From assembly GCA_964035545.1 (NCBI GenBank), contig OZ037766.1, positions 7,306,722-7,370,721 on the forward strand: a stretch of DNA of 64,000 nt, written 5' to 3'. The stretch comes from Bugula neritina (Eukaryota; Animalia; Bryozoa). Every line of letters begins with the position of its first letter. The first letter of the stretch is position 1. Positions 12,727 through 25,100 of this stretch are shown here, one piece after another. A program made the position numbers and the translations under genes. The notes beneath the pieces were generated by a model that saw only the letters and a list, made by a program, of their open reading frames with translations, made no database searches and was not told the DNA's origin.

Positions 12727-13350
12727 TCAAAAAATTCTACGGTGAATAGAATCAAAATACTTGGGCAATATCACTCCATTCTCATTGCCAGGACAAAGTA
12801 TGACATTGTTTTTGGATTTAAAAAATTCAAGTCCATCTTTCTGAGCTTTGGCAACATTAACACGGACATAATAATCACAAGACTGTCTGGCGCCACTAAC
12901 TACTTCATCTGGTCGTAGTTCATCAAATACCATGTGTATATGTTGCCTTCTCATTCTTGACAATCCTTTCTCTTTGATGGACGATACACACTTCTCATAA
13001 GTGCCATGGATTGCAAATTCAATTTCACCAGGTTCTAACTTGGTCAACTCCAAATCTGGGACATCAATGGAATGGCCCTGATTGGCTCTAATTAGAACTT
13101 CTGCATCATCTTCATTCAATTGGAAACGTTGTTTGGAATTATTTTGAACAACTAGTCTAATGTTATCTAAATTATAACCTTTAAACTTGGGATGTTTCAA
13201 CAAGTCTTCAACTTTAACATAGCCTGATGGTAGCATATGCAAACCTTCCTTTTCAGCACCATGACGAAGGATATATGACAAAAGCTTCGACAGTTTCACA
13301 TTATGAGTAGGTCCACTCTTGTTTGGTTTCAAAGAGCTTCCACTTGCCAT
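12727..13350 (-). CDS. TRPT1: tRNA 2'-phosphotransferase 1 (Tpt1/KptA family), 207 aa, uninterrupted CDS
   Basis: Motifs LSKLLSYILRHGA, KQRF, IRANQGHS, HGT, GLSRMRRQHIH, FFKSKNNVIL. A pyrimidine-rich AG acceptor ~20 nt upstream of the ATG (near 13371) suggests a 5'-UTR intron, with a candidate donor near 15287. Confidence 0.96.
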   Translation of the reverse strand: MASGSSLKPNKSGPTHNVKLSKLLSYILRHGAEKEGLHMLPSGYVKVEDLLKHPKFKGYNLDNIRLVVQNNSKQRFQLNEDDAEVLIRANQGHSIDVPDLELTKLEPGEIEFAIHGTYEKCVSSIKEKGLSRMRRQHIHMVFDELRPDEVVSGARQSCDYYVRVNVAKAQKDGLEFFKSKNNVILCPGNENGVILPKYFDSIHRRIF

Positions 13351-15289
13351 TATTTGACAGATTAGCTAAGCTAAAAACAGAAAAATACTAAAATGTAATT
13401 TCATCAAAGAAATGTTTCAACAATAAAATTGGAATTGCAAGTAAACTTCGATTACAAAAAATAGTTGAGAAGATAAATCTTAAATGACTGCATTATATTG
13501 CGAGATAAATGTAGTCTTTTGCTACCTAGAACATTTTGATGTAAATAGTAGGTTAAGACTTGCTACATTGACCTAGAATGAAGATCTGCTTCAAAAATTA
13601 ATTCAATAATAGCAATATAATAAGATTTGCAACCTAGAAGGATGCAACTAAAATTCCCAACATATTGCAGCCAGGTTAGTCCAGGTGAGATCAAAACTAC
13701 AAAGCCAAAAAATGTTCATATATAAAATAACACTTTTGCAATTCTAGGTGCAGTTAGACTGAATTGTTCACTCAATACTGAGATTTATTAATCCAGCCTT
13801 ACTTTCTCAAGTTCTTCCAGCCATATACTGCCTGAAGACGACTTTAATTATTTTCACTACAGCAAAATTATGATGAACATACTCTAATAAAACTTAAACA
13901 GATTTTCTGAGACAATTTTCTGGTGGAGTAGTTGCATGCTAACCAAAACATCCCAGTATTTTTCCCACAATATTAGAAAACACTACTCTTACTAAATAGC
14001 CCATTAATTTACAACTCATGTAAGACCACATAATTGCTTCCCTTTAATTTAAACTAACCCCCTTCATTTTAAAGTTGTGCACGTTATAAGCAATGCTGAC
14101 TTTCAGTTATTTATAAAATACTGTATTGGTATGCCACCAATCGTTGAAGCTTTCTTGCCTTAATACATTCATCAAAAGCTATTCATAGCTGGCAGTGCTG
14201 GTGCTATAATTCACTGCACAGCACAGGTCAGTGTGCTCTAATCAAACAGCCGCAGAGGAACATTCATTAACTTTCCTCTTCCAACAGACGGCTCACTACA
14301 TTTGCTATTACATTATATGAGCACACAGTTTTATACTCCAACATTTACAGTCTGAATATACCATCGGTTTTGACATTGGGATGACAAAGAATCTTATCTG
14401 TACATCAATATTGGTACAATTCGATAGTCAATAAACTTGAGAACCTGTTGCCAAGTTAGCTAATAGATAAAGTACATCACAATCTGAGTCACCCAGACAC
14501 TGTCACAAACCTGATACAGATACCTAGTGCTATAACAATTAGTACAAGTATGTGAGCTTTCAGAATATTATATTTGCACACTACTAGTTGAGTTGAAATT
14601 GAATTTTTACAAAATTATAGTTACATAACTGAAATAAAATGCAACACTTCTGACCTTTAAAACCAACTAGCTAGTAAAAATGAAACAACTACACTTTGCA
14701 ATTATTATTAATATTAGGCTGGCAAAAACATCAACAAGCCATAATAAAATTGGATTTCAATAAAAACTAAAACTTGTTTTTAATTAAATCAGTAGGCTAT
14801 TTACTTTTAACTTTGATTTAAAATCTTTAACTAGATATTCACATTGTAGCAGCCTCTCCCCCTCACACTAACTGTAAGCTCAACTATGGATAATACTAAT
14901 AGTTAATGTTAATACCCTATGGCTATTAAAACCACAAGTAGTATTGTGTAACTAAATCAAAGTTAATAATATTATATATAGTATTATATAGTTATACTAA
15001 TAAATAATATATCAATCAAAATAAAGAGGAGCAATTATAATAGCTACAATAATAAAAAACGTTATACAATTAGTGAATTACATATTGTCTATTAGTATTA
15101 CATTTACTATTATTATAAGTATTACTATTAGTATTACTAATAGTAATAGTATTAGTATTACTATTAGTATTACATTTACTATAGACATAGTTGAACTAAT
15201 ATTATTACTATTAGTATTAGTTTTAGTGTTGGTCTCAGAACGACTATTAGTATTAGTATTACTATTAGGTTTGTAACTGTAGACTTACG

Positions 15290-16450
15290 ATAACCCGCAA
15301 CTCTAGAGTAGCACGTTGAACTTGGTATTATGTTTATTTATATTCGGAGATTATTCTTATATAGCTATTCATCTAATTTTGCTTCTGTTGGTGAAAGAAA
15401 ATGGAGGAAATGTCAACATCATTGCACCATCGCGAAACGAATAGGAATGTTGCGTCACAGGCTAAATTAAATGGGTGTGACTGAAATGGGTGGCCACCCG
15501 GTGTCGCGGTCCGTGACACCCATTTTAGTCATCCGTGAGTGTTTTGACTAAAATCAAATGGGTGTGGCGAATATTTTTAGTTGTATTTTCACATTTTGTA
15601 GATATTTTTGTTTGTTAATATTGCTCAAAACGTTTTTAATAGATTAAAGTATATCTTTCATCAGTTAGAATATCTATGATCATAACGATAACAGTAAAAT
15701 TAGGTGAAAATTAAATTTTTGATGAGAAAAGATAACTCTCGATAAGTTTGGTTTTGTTAAAATTAAATTAATTTAATCATTATTTATTCATTATTCATTT
15801 AACAATAATTTCAAACAGTCACAACTGTCTAAAAATCTGAAAATAAAACGAAAAATCTTCGCGACACTCATTTTAGTCAAAACCTCACTCCCCCTTATGA
15901 CTAAAATGGGTGTCACGGACCGTGACATTTTAGTCACACCCTTCTCGTGTTTATTTAAACTTTGATTGTAATTAACGCACACTAGATTCGCCCTAGGCCT
16001 ATGGCATGCAGGATCTTAAAAAAACCATTGTTAATGTTATAAATTATTACAAGCGCTGAACTATGTCCTGGTTATATTTCATGTGGATTACGTTACATGC
16101 GTCATACTACCGTTGTTTTGGCGACAGAATCCTAGCCGACGCGGTTTTGACTTAGCACCGGGGTATTGTAAATTTTTACAGGCAGTATAATTATATTTGA
16201 GGGCACGTAACAGATACCCCCATAAAATGTATGCGTCAATGAATAATCATAGTGTTCAAATATTGCCAAAAGGCAGCACCAAATTAAATGTGAGTAAGTG
16301 CAGCATTTGTTGCTCGAGCTCCAAACCCCCAACGCCAAACTCGAAAACCCCAATCAATGCACTCGGTGAACACCAATTTGGTGCTGCTTTCAGCAACTTT
16401 CCTAAGCCGTACGTACCACTTGAATATCAATAATTATCAAAATGAAATAT
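15290..16450. promoter_or_regulatory. Putative bidirectional promoter region for TRPT1 (-) and SLC26A11 (+)
   Basis: Locally CpG-enriched sequence between divergently oriented genes. CRE-like TGCGTCA at ~15451 and ~16098. Minus-strand donor GTAAGT at ~15287; plus-strand donors GTGAGT at ~16289 and GTAAGT at ~16656. Confidence 0.45.
15473..15941. mobile_element. MITE-like element with long (~120-130 bp) imperfect terminal inverted repeats
   Basis: The left arm (gggtgtgactgaaat...ggtccgtgacacccattttagtcat...ttttgactaaaat...gcgaatatttttagttgtattttcaca) is the reverse complement of the right arm (tgaaaataaaacgaaaaatcttcgc...cattttagtcaaaac...atgactaaaatgggtgtcacggacc...ttttagtcacaccc). The centre is AT-rich and non-coding. 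No clear TSD. Confidence 0.8.
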
Positions 16451-19199
16451 GCCATTGGGCTATGTTAGTTTATTAATATTTATGTAAGAATATATTCGTC
16501 TAGGGTTGTGGCTTACATCTGCTTTAAAGGGTAGAAGGTCAGGATAAAACTGAAAATTTTTGGCTAAAGCCAAAGGCAAATGACCGCCTGCCTGCAAATG
16601 AAAAGGAAACAGTCCTAGTAGTAGTACTAGTACTAATACTAGTACTAGTAGCACTGTAAGTGTATTGTTATTGTAATTTGTAGGTATAGCGTCACTAGTC
16701 CTGGTAGTACTACTACTAGTGCTACAGTACCTGTGGTAGTTTTTCATTTTACTCGAACACTGAATTGCAGTGGCTCTACCAATTCTTGAATTTGAAGCCC
16801 AGTCGTTTTACCAATCAAGACGTGACGTGAACTATTAGTATTACTAGTACTAGTACTAGTAGTAGTACTATCACTACCAGTATCACTATGATAAAGTTAT
16901 TATGATTTAATAATAATATAAATAATAATTATAATTGTGCAATCCTAATAGTATTAGTTACTCTAATTTTTACCCTGACAGCAACATGCCTATGACTAGA
17001 AAATATACTTTATGATTATCATTATTGGTACTACAAATGTCCATCTTCAAGTCCATATTATTTGTTAAACTTAATGGTAATACCTAATAGTAATAATTAT
17101 ATTATTAATATTATTTTTAGTAGTTTAGTGATTTACTTATTTATTTTAATAACTAATAAGCAATGGCACTAACAGAGTTACTGTTACACTTACTGTTAGT
17201 GTTAGTAGTTAAAATCAATATTTACAACTACTGATAATAACTATAAGTATAACAAATAACTGATAGTGATATACTAATAATAATAGTAATACTTATTTTA
17301 GTATTTAATTTTATAGTTTTACTAATACTTACAGCTACTACTAGAGGTCGAAGAAATAATTATACTAATACTAATACTAATAAACATACTCACATAGTAA
17401 ATATAATAGTAATACTAATAGTAACACTAGTAGTACTATTACTCTACTAGTATTACTATTACTACTACTGATAGTATACTAATATAATATTTTTATTCTA
17501 TTTAAATTTTAAAAATTATGATAATGGATTGTTAAATAGAATAAACATTTTAAATTTCTTTATAAATTTATTATCATTTATGCTCATACCAATTATAATT
17601 GTGTGATAGTTATTTTTAGTTTTACCCTGACAGTAACATGCCTATAGAGTATAGTCATAGTTATAACCTAAATCTTTTAATTTTTATCATAAAACCAAAA
17701 TTGAAGAATAATTACAGACTATATATCGCAAGTATATTTTAGGTCTAAAATTATCCTTAATATGCAGAATCAGGCATGCATGTATATAATGAAGATAGTA
17801 GCACTGTGTTAGAGGTACCATGAAACCATAATAACTCAGATCAATAACAGGCCAACTCAGATTAAGTCTCCATCAAAACACAACAATCCAAACCAATATT
17901 TACTAGTAAATCTGTGTTACAACTCAATACTTGTCATACTAATATTTGTAACTCTTAGCATCGCATTATTATTTATATATTATAATATGCTAATTATAAA
18001 TATTTATTTAATACAAATATTAAGTTGCTAAAATTAATATGTTACGTACTTAGATTTGTATTTGTTAAGATTTCTTAGATTGCTACACATTTCGATAAAA
18101 CATTAATATGTATGTCGGAAGATGCTACATGTTGAATTTGCTATTAACTCATTATTCTGGCATGTTCTACTAGTAAAGGTGTGTGTGTTAGATATTTGTC
18201 TACTTTCCAGAATATTATGTATATGGATTTGGCAGCTCTTGTAGCATTATGAGTTCTAAATGCTTTGTTCTTGAAAAAGTTGTCTGTAGTGTTTTTACAA
18301 TCTAAGATTGTTGTTGGGACAGTTTATTATAAGCTTTCACAAGAATTCATATTTTTAAACACAGCTAGCTCTTTCAATTTAATAAAACTCTTAAGATGGC
18401 ACAGTGCAAGCATACATCATACTCAATTCTTCCAAACCGTGCTTGAAGTAAAGCGAGACCTACCATTTTGTGCCGTGGTAAAGTAGAACCATGAATACTT
18501 GCTAATTTTTTAAAAATAATTTACACCATTAATTTATTAGTTGGGTGATTCAAGTAAAATTGTACGCACTAAATCTGAAAGTACTTTTGTCAGTGTGTTT
18601 TACCATCAGTGTTGCAAACAAGTCTTATGAAAGTTACAGAGCACAACTAATTCAAGAACTCAAGCCATATAACAAAATTTAATATTTACTCTTGCAATCA
18701 CTTTTCATCATGGCTTCACAAAGTTTCATTTGTACTCTATAAAAATTGTCATATGGAATCAAAAATTGTTTTTTCATTAGTAGATTTGTTATAAAAAGAT
18801 ACAGAAACATAAATTTCCTTTAACATGTGATGTCACATCCATTTTTCACCTGTGATTAGTGTTTTAAGTTTAACATTCTATTTATTTTTTTCAACTTTTA
18901 TGTTTATATATTTGTTTATGTTTCTGTTTTAAAGATTATGTAGAAATGTTGTTACTATTCCTTGTAATTATTTTATCAAAGAATACCAGTAGTTGTTCTG
19001 TGTTGGGGCTTATTGAATTAAAGCGTTGTTACTGTACAAGCTTTCAGAGAAAAGCTGTAAAAAGCTTTCAATTTAGCAGCTAATATTGTGTGTATCTACT
19101 GGTTTTACTCTCTCAGTGTTGCTCAAGGTTATAACACGTGCTACTCCAATAAAACTTTTTATCAATAAAATTTTTATCTTAGTGGTATACAGCTCTCCA

Positions 19200-22100
19200 A
19201 TGGCGTTGGATCCAGAGCACCAGGTGGCTGCTGGAGAATCGGATGTGGAAGACCAGGTGGCTGCTGGAGTATCAGATCCTGCAGAACAACCTCTGTGTTC
19301 AGATGGGGCTTCAGATCAGGTCAGGCCAGAGAATGGACAGGAAGGTGATCCTGAAAGTAAACAGTTTTGTGGTCGTTGTTACAGCAGTATGCAGCCCAGT
19401 AAGTTCTTTTATGATGCACTGTTTTTGTGCTTTTGGCTTCAACTTGTTATGTTTTTTACCAAATAGTTTATGTCAATTGGTAACTTCCATTTGCTCTAAT
19501 TGGATTTCATATAAAACATGGTAACAGTTATGTTGTATTATGTGGATACAAATGTACTGTAAGTCCTTGTTGTCTAATGCTCTAATCTATGTTGTACAGT
19601 AATTGTCTTCTCTTTCTACTTGGTAAGTGTAATAGCTATTGCATTATGGTGGTGGCAGTAACTCTTCCCTCATAGCCAACTGATTCCATGCTGCATGTGT
19701 CAATCTCTCCGTCTTTCTCCCCCCCCCCCCCCCGCTTTTTATGAGGCCATGCATGGTACGTGTGATTCTTGCATCATCCATGGCAAGTTTTTATTTGATG
19801 CCTACTTTTGTGAATGGGAAATAAGGTAAAAGGAATGGAAATATGCTGGTATGTTAGACTTAGGTCCTACTCTTTCTATCATTTGCCTGTGAAAGTCCCA
19901 ATAATAACATGCAACTGCTACACGACTGATTTAGAATCTTTATCTTGGCACCAGATTGCCTCTTCCTGTACTTTATGTGCTCGTGCCTCATAGGTGAAGC
20001 TAGTGAACGTCGTTTTACTGGTAGTTATCATTTAATTTCTTCTTGGATATAAATTCTGCCATCATAAATGAAGCCAGTTCCATTAAATAAAATGCAAGAA
20101 GCAAAACCGTTGCTAGATGTCCACCATGGTGAGTGGTACCGTGTATAATTTGGTAGCTTTCATGGTTAAATTTAGATACAGTATCTTTTTAACAAGTAGG
20201 TTTGTTCTTTGACAGTAAACAGCTATATTGTTAGGTTTTGTAGTAGCATTTGAGCTGAATATTCTGTTAGTATGTTGTGTTGCAATGATTTAATAGGCTA
20301 GTGATTAACCGTTGTTTTTATTGAATGAAGATATACCAAACAATACAAGTTTGTATTACACAATACAGAGCCTGCAGCAGTCTATGTTACAAATTAATTA
20401 AATATTTTTATTACTCTTATTATTCTATTCACTTCCTCCCAGTCAATTTATTTTGCATCTCATTCGTTGCTGCTGTTTGTTACATATCAGCAGATATTGA
20501 TAAGTTCTGTGGCTCCACTAAGCCCAGTCATTGGTGTAAACATTTGATAGTGCAATAAAGTATTATTTACTCTTTACGTAACAGTAAACAGAAGCTATAG
20601 CAGTTGGGCCTATCTTATCTCCTAATAATGTAGTTGATAGCAAAATTTTCTGATATAATCTTCTTTTTAGCAAAACCAGTTGAATGATTTTTCTCTTATT
20701 ATCGGCTGTCAATCACCCTACCCGATGTTGAATTTGAGCCGTAGAATCTCATACTCTGTTGATAAGTTAAATTTTTATGTAATCGTCAGGTATGTCAGAA
20801 TTCTGTTGCAGTCTGTCGATGCTTCTCAGAGTTTCAAGTCATGGCTTCTAGTTTTAAAGACAGTTCTATTGCTAGATATGGTAGAGAATTTTTCACAGCA
20901 AAGAACGGAAGGCGGAAATTTCCAATTGTCAATTGGATTACTAAATACAGGTTTATTATATTATTTCACGTAAAATTAGTTTTTGTCTTTGTATTTATAT
21001 TTAGTGTATCATGTGTTTATTTTTAGCCTCATTTACAAATATATGTTATAAATAGAGTTGTTGTGATTTATCAACTACTTGACTATAAGTAGTAAAATAA
21101 CCTGTGATGTACACTAGCATAGTATAAAGGACGGACAAAATTAATTTAGCATGTATTGTAATACTAATGTGTTGTATTATGAGATGAAAATATATTGGCG
21201 CTGTTTGTTTGTTTACTCTATTGACTTGGTCTCTTAATAGTATATGAATTTTAACTTGCATTCTTTTTCATAATAATTTTTTTACCATCTCAAATCAGCT
21301 AATTTCACATGTATAATAGCATAAAATTGATTATTTACTAATAAAATAAAATCTATGCTTGGACAATCATTGTGTTATGCTTACTAGTGGTTACATGTCC
21401 AGGCCTGGTGTAGCCGATTGTTTCACGAGATGAGTATTTTACCTGCTGCTTATGTTTCAGACTAAAGCACTTCATCGGAGATCTAGTCGCTGGTCTTACA
21501 GTCGGTCTAACAGTCATTCCTCAAGGCTTAGCCTACGCTCAAGTCGCTGAGCTACCTCCTCAAGTAAGTTCTCGCTCTATTCTCTTCTTCTACAGGGTAA
21601 GCTAGAAGTGTTATGGCTATCTTCATGTGTACTTTTCATGCTTAGAGCAACTTTTTTTATTATACTGGATGTTTGAAAGAACCATGTCTTTTGTAATACC
21701 TATTTCTATTTCAAACAAAAGCAATTCCAATTATTCAATGAATTTTGTTTTGTAGTATGGGTTATACTCAGCGTTTATGGGCGTATTTGTATATACATTT
21801 TTGGGCACGTCAAAAGACATAACAATGGGTCCTACAGCCATCATGTCTCTCTTGGTGGCGGAATTTGCTACGGAGAGAGCACCTGTCAAACACGATCCAA
21901 CGTTTGCCATTATTCTCACGTTCTTTACTGGCTTCATTCAGCTAGCTATGGGACTATTGAATATGGGTGAGTCACAATCAGATAAGAATCTCTTTCTCGT
22001 TGGTCTCTAAAAACTTTCATTATTCTAAATTATTTGTTAATTTGGTCGATTTGTTTGTTATTGTTATAGTAATCACCATTTTGTGACGCAATTCGTGTAA

Positions 22101-25100
22101 ATTGCAACATTTTTTTGAGTTATTGGCTATTCACTAGATCGCTAGAAACAGTGAGTTGATAATTTTAATGCTCATTATTTTAGTTGTATTGTTGTATTTG
22201 ACAATTTTTCCTCTAAATGTGATTGAATGAAGTTTGTACAGGTCTATTTATTATGAAAGTAAGATTTGAATTTAAAAAAACTTAGTGCAAAGCTGGAATT
22301 TTATTTCTGATTTAAACATGTCAGTCGTTTTTTATGTGTAGAATTATTTCATGAAAGCGGTGGAATGCGCATTTATTTCACTGTTGAAATTTACTCCGTT
22401 GCAGTGCATTATTTACAGCATGAAAGCTAATGATGCAAAATGATGCTCTTCAAGTTGAAATACAGGGAAAGTAGCAACCAACCATTCATTTAATTACATG
22501 ATTTAATTGGAATGACAACAATTTCGTTTCCAGTATCTCAATGTTTCTTGCCCTATTTTAAACCCACATTTAGGGGTGACAGTGTGTTCTATTATTTCTT
22601 TCTACAATAGCCTACAAAACATGGAAAATATACATAGAGAGTATAACTCCTTTAGATCATGTACCGCATATGCTGTGTGCCATGTGATCATGGAGTTGTG
22701 TTCACTTTTGTACAATTAGCTGATATGGAGTTGCTTTTAGCTCAGCTCCAAAAATGTATGAACACAGTTTTGTCATTTTTATCGTAACAGTTTGATTTGC
22801 TCATTAGAATGTTTAGAAGTTGAAACTCACAAAATCAGACTGTTTTTGTATGATGTTAAGTCAAGTCTCCATAAATAATTCTTGAAATTCTTGGCATTCT
22901 TTTAGATGATTTTCTGTGCATGGTCATCTATTAGAATGCATAAGTTGATAAATGCTCTATGTCTAATCAGTAGGGGCGGGTTTAATTCCCTCCTCACTCT
23001 CATATTTTTACCACATCACTTAAATTTTTATATTATCAGGTTTTTATCTTATTTGAGTTGCAGATTAATTTTATCAGGCATTTCGTAATCGTCATAGGCT
23101 GAGAGTGAATCTGTTTGAGTAATGATAACATTGATTACATCTCTGATAAGTGTGCTATAAGACCCCAACCTTCTGTGCTGTTATCTTACTCGAGTTTTTC
23201 TTCATCTTATTTAATTTTGTTTAGCTTCATTCCCACAAACTACGAATAATTCTGTTAGTTTTAGAATGTGCCCACCCTTACACTTATTTCAGGAGCTCAG
23301 GTCATTGGGCATAATCAACACTAATAACTACAAAAATAACATTATGTTAAAAAGTAGGCTAAACCCTGCTGATATGCTGTATCATATAATAGGAGTTGTA
23401 CCAGAGGCTGTTGCAAGGCTAACATTTGGCAGTCTAGAGTCTAGATAAATCAATTGAAAAAACTTGTTTTGAACTACTTGTCCACACCAGCATTGCTTGA
23501 TGTCATTTGCAGGGTTTGTGGTGCAGTTTATCTCTTTCCCTGTCATTAGTGGGTTTACATCAGCTGCTGCTGTCATCATCGCATTTGGCCAAATTAGGGT
23601 AAGTATATGTTTGTAAGTATTAGACCTTATGGTTACAATAAATTGGAAATAGTGATATGTTCATCTAGAACTTGAATCTTGTTTTTCTACAGCTTAAGAA
23701 TCTATGATTGTGAGGCATACTAAGTCATAGTGAGGTGTATATTTGGAATTAGGGTTGCTAATTGTAATTGAATGAGCACCAACATGATTGTTTTAAGAAT
23801 GTGTGCATATACCTGCTGATAATAGGTATTGGAACTAATTTAAACAGTGGGTAATTGTGTAGTAATGTAAAGTGCAAATTGTGTGGAGATTGGCAAAAAT
23901 TCATGTTTTTTTTATGAATCTTGAAAATGCTTGCGAGTCAATCTAATCATCTTTCTGTTGACAGAAATGGCTAGGACTGCAAAATGTGTCCAGAACATTT
24001 ATTTCACAATTTCCCCAGACTTTTGAAAAGTTGGGTGAAACCAAGTAAGTTTTTTTGCTTTTGAAATATTATTATGCTATAATATATATAATTTAGTAAT
24101 GTGATGTGCTAATATAATATGGTAATGTTTTATAGTAATGTTATATGGTGATATAACATAGCAATAAAGTACAGTAGTATAGTTCAGTATAGTATAGTAT
24201 GATCATACATTAATATAGGTTGTGGCTTATGTGTTATCAACTCACATGCGTTCCACAAGTGATATTAGTCAGTGAGATATAATGTATTGATAGGGGCAGC
24301 TGCCTCTTTATTGTATTCTGATTTCATTATTAGTTAAAATCAGTAGGCTGCAAGCTAATTCATGATAGAGAAAGTTCTGGATAGCACAGGCTCTAGTGTT
24401 ACAACCGTATGGATGTCATGTCCACACGTCTCATGCTAAAGTGGTGACATTGCATTAAATGTTATCGCCTGGATATCTCAGTGTAGCCTAGATTTCTGTA
24501 CTTGACAATAGACTGTGGTTTTAGATTGCTCCTACAACAGCAGTATTATTCCAGTATCACATTGTTGCTGATAGAGGATAACTCCTGACTAAACATATGA
24601 TCTGCTGGATGATATAAAAATATAAAAGGCTCGAAATTGCAGCCCCTTGATTAGGCTATCAATTTCAAGCCTAGGTTATTGAAGCCCCATTAAAATTTAC
24701 TATCTTACATTAGTTATATGCTACTTAATGTGGCTGGAGCATAGTATTATACTAGTGGGCATCTATTTACCTGTATGTAGGGAGTTGTCTTTCAACAGAG
24801 AGTGTCTAGTATTTTTGGACAGATAACTCTTAGTCTAAGTATTTACAAAAGCCTTTTTGAATTTGACAGCTTGTGGGATTTTGGAATGGGATTGGTTTGC
24901 ATCATAGTGTTGGTTCTCATGAAGAAAGTAAAAGAATATGCTGATTCTCGGATGAAATCGGCTACTGGAGGCAGGAAAGCTGTTCTCAAGTTTCTATGGC
25001 TTCTATGCACTGGTAAAGTATCTATACTTATACTTATAGAATATCTGTTCTATACTAATAGAATATCTATTCCATAAGTATAGAATATATATTCTATACT

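Noticed and set aside
21731-23579. Minus-strand ORFs over SLC26A11 exons
   Set aside because: Antisense shadows of real exons.
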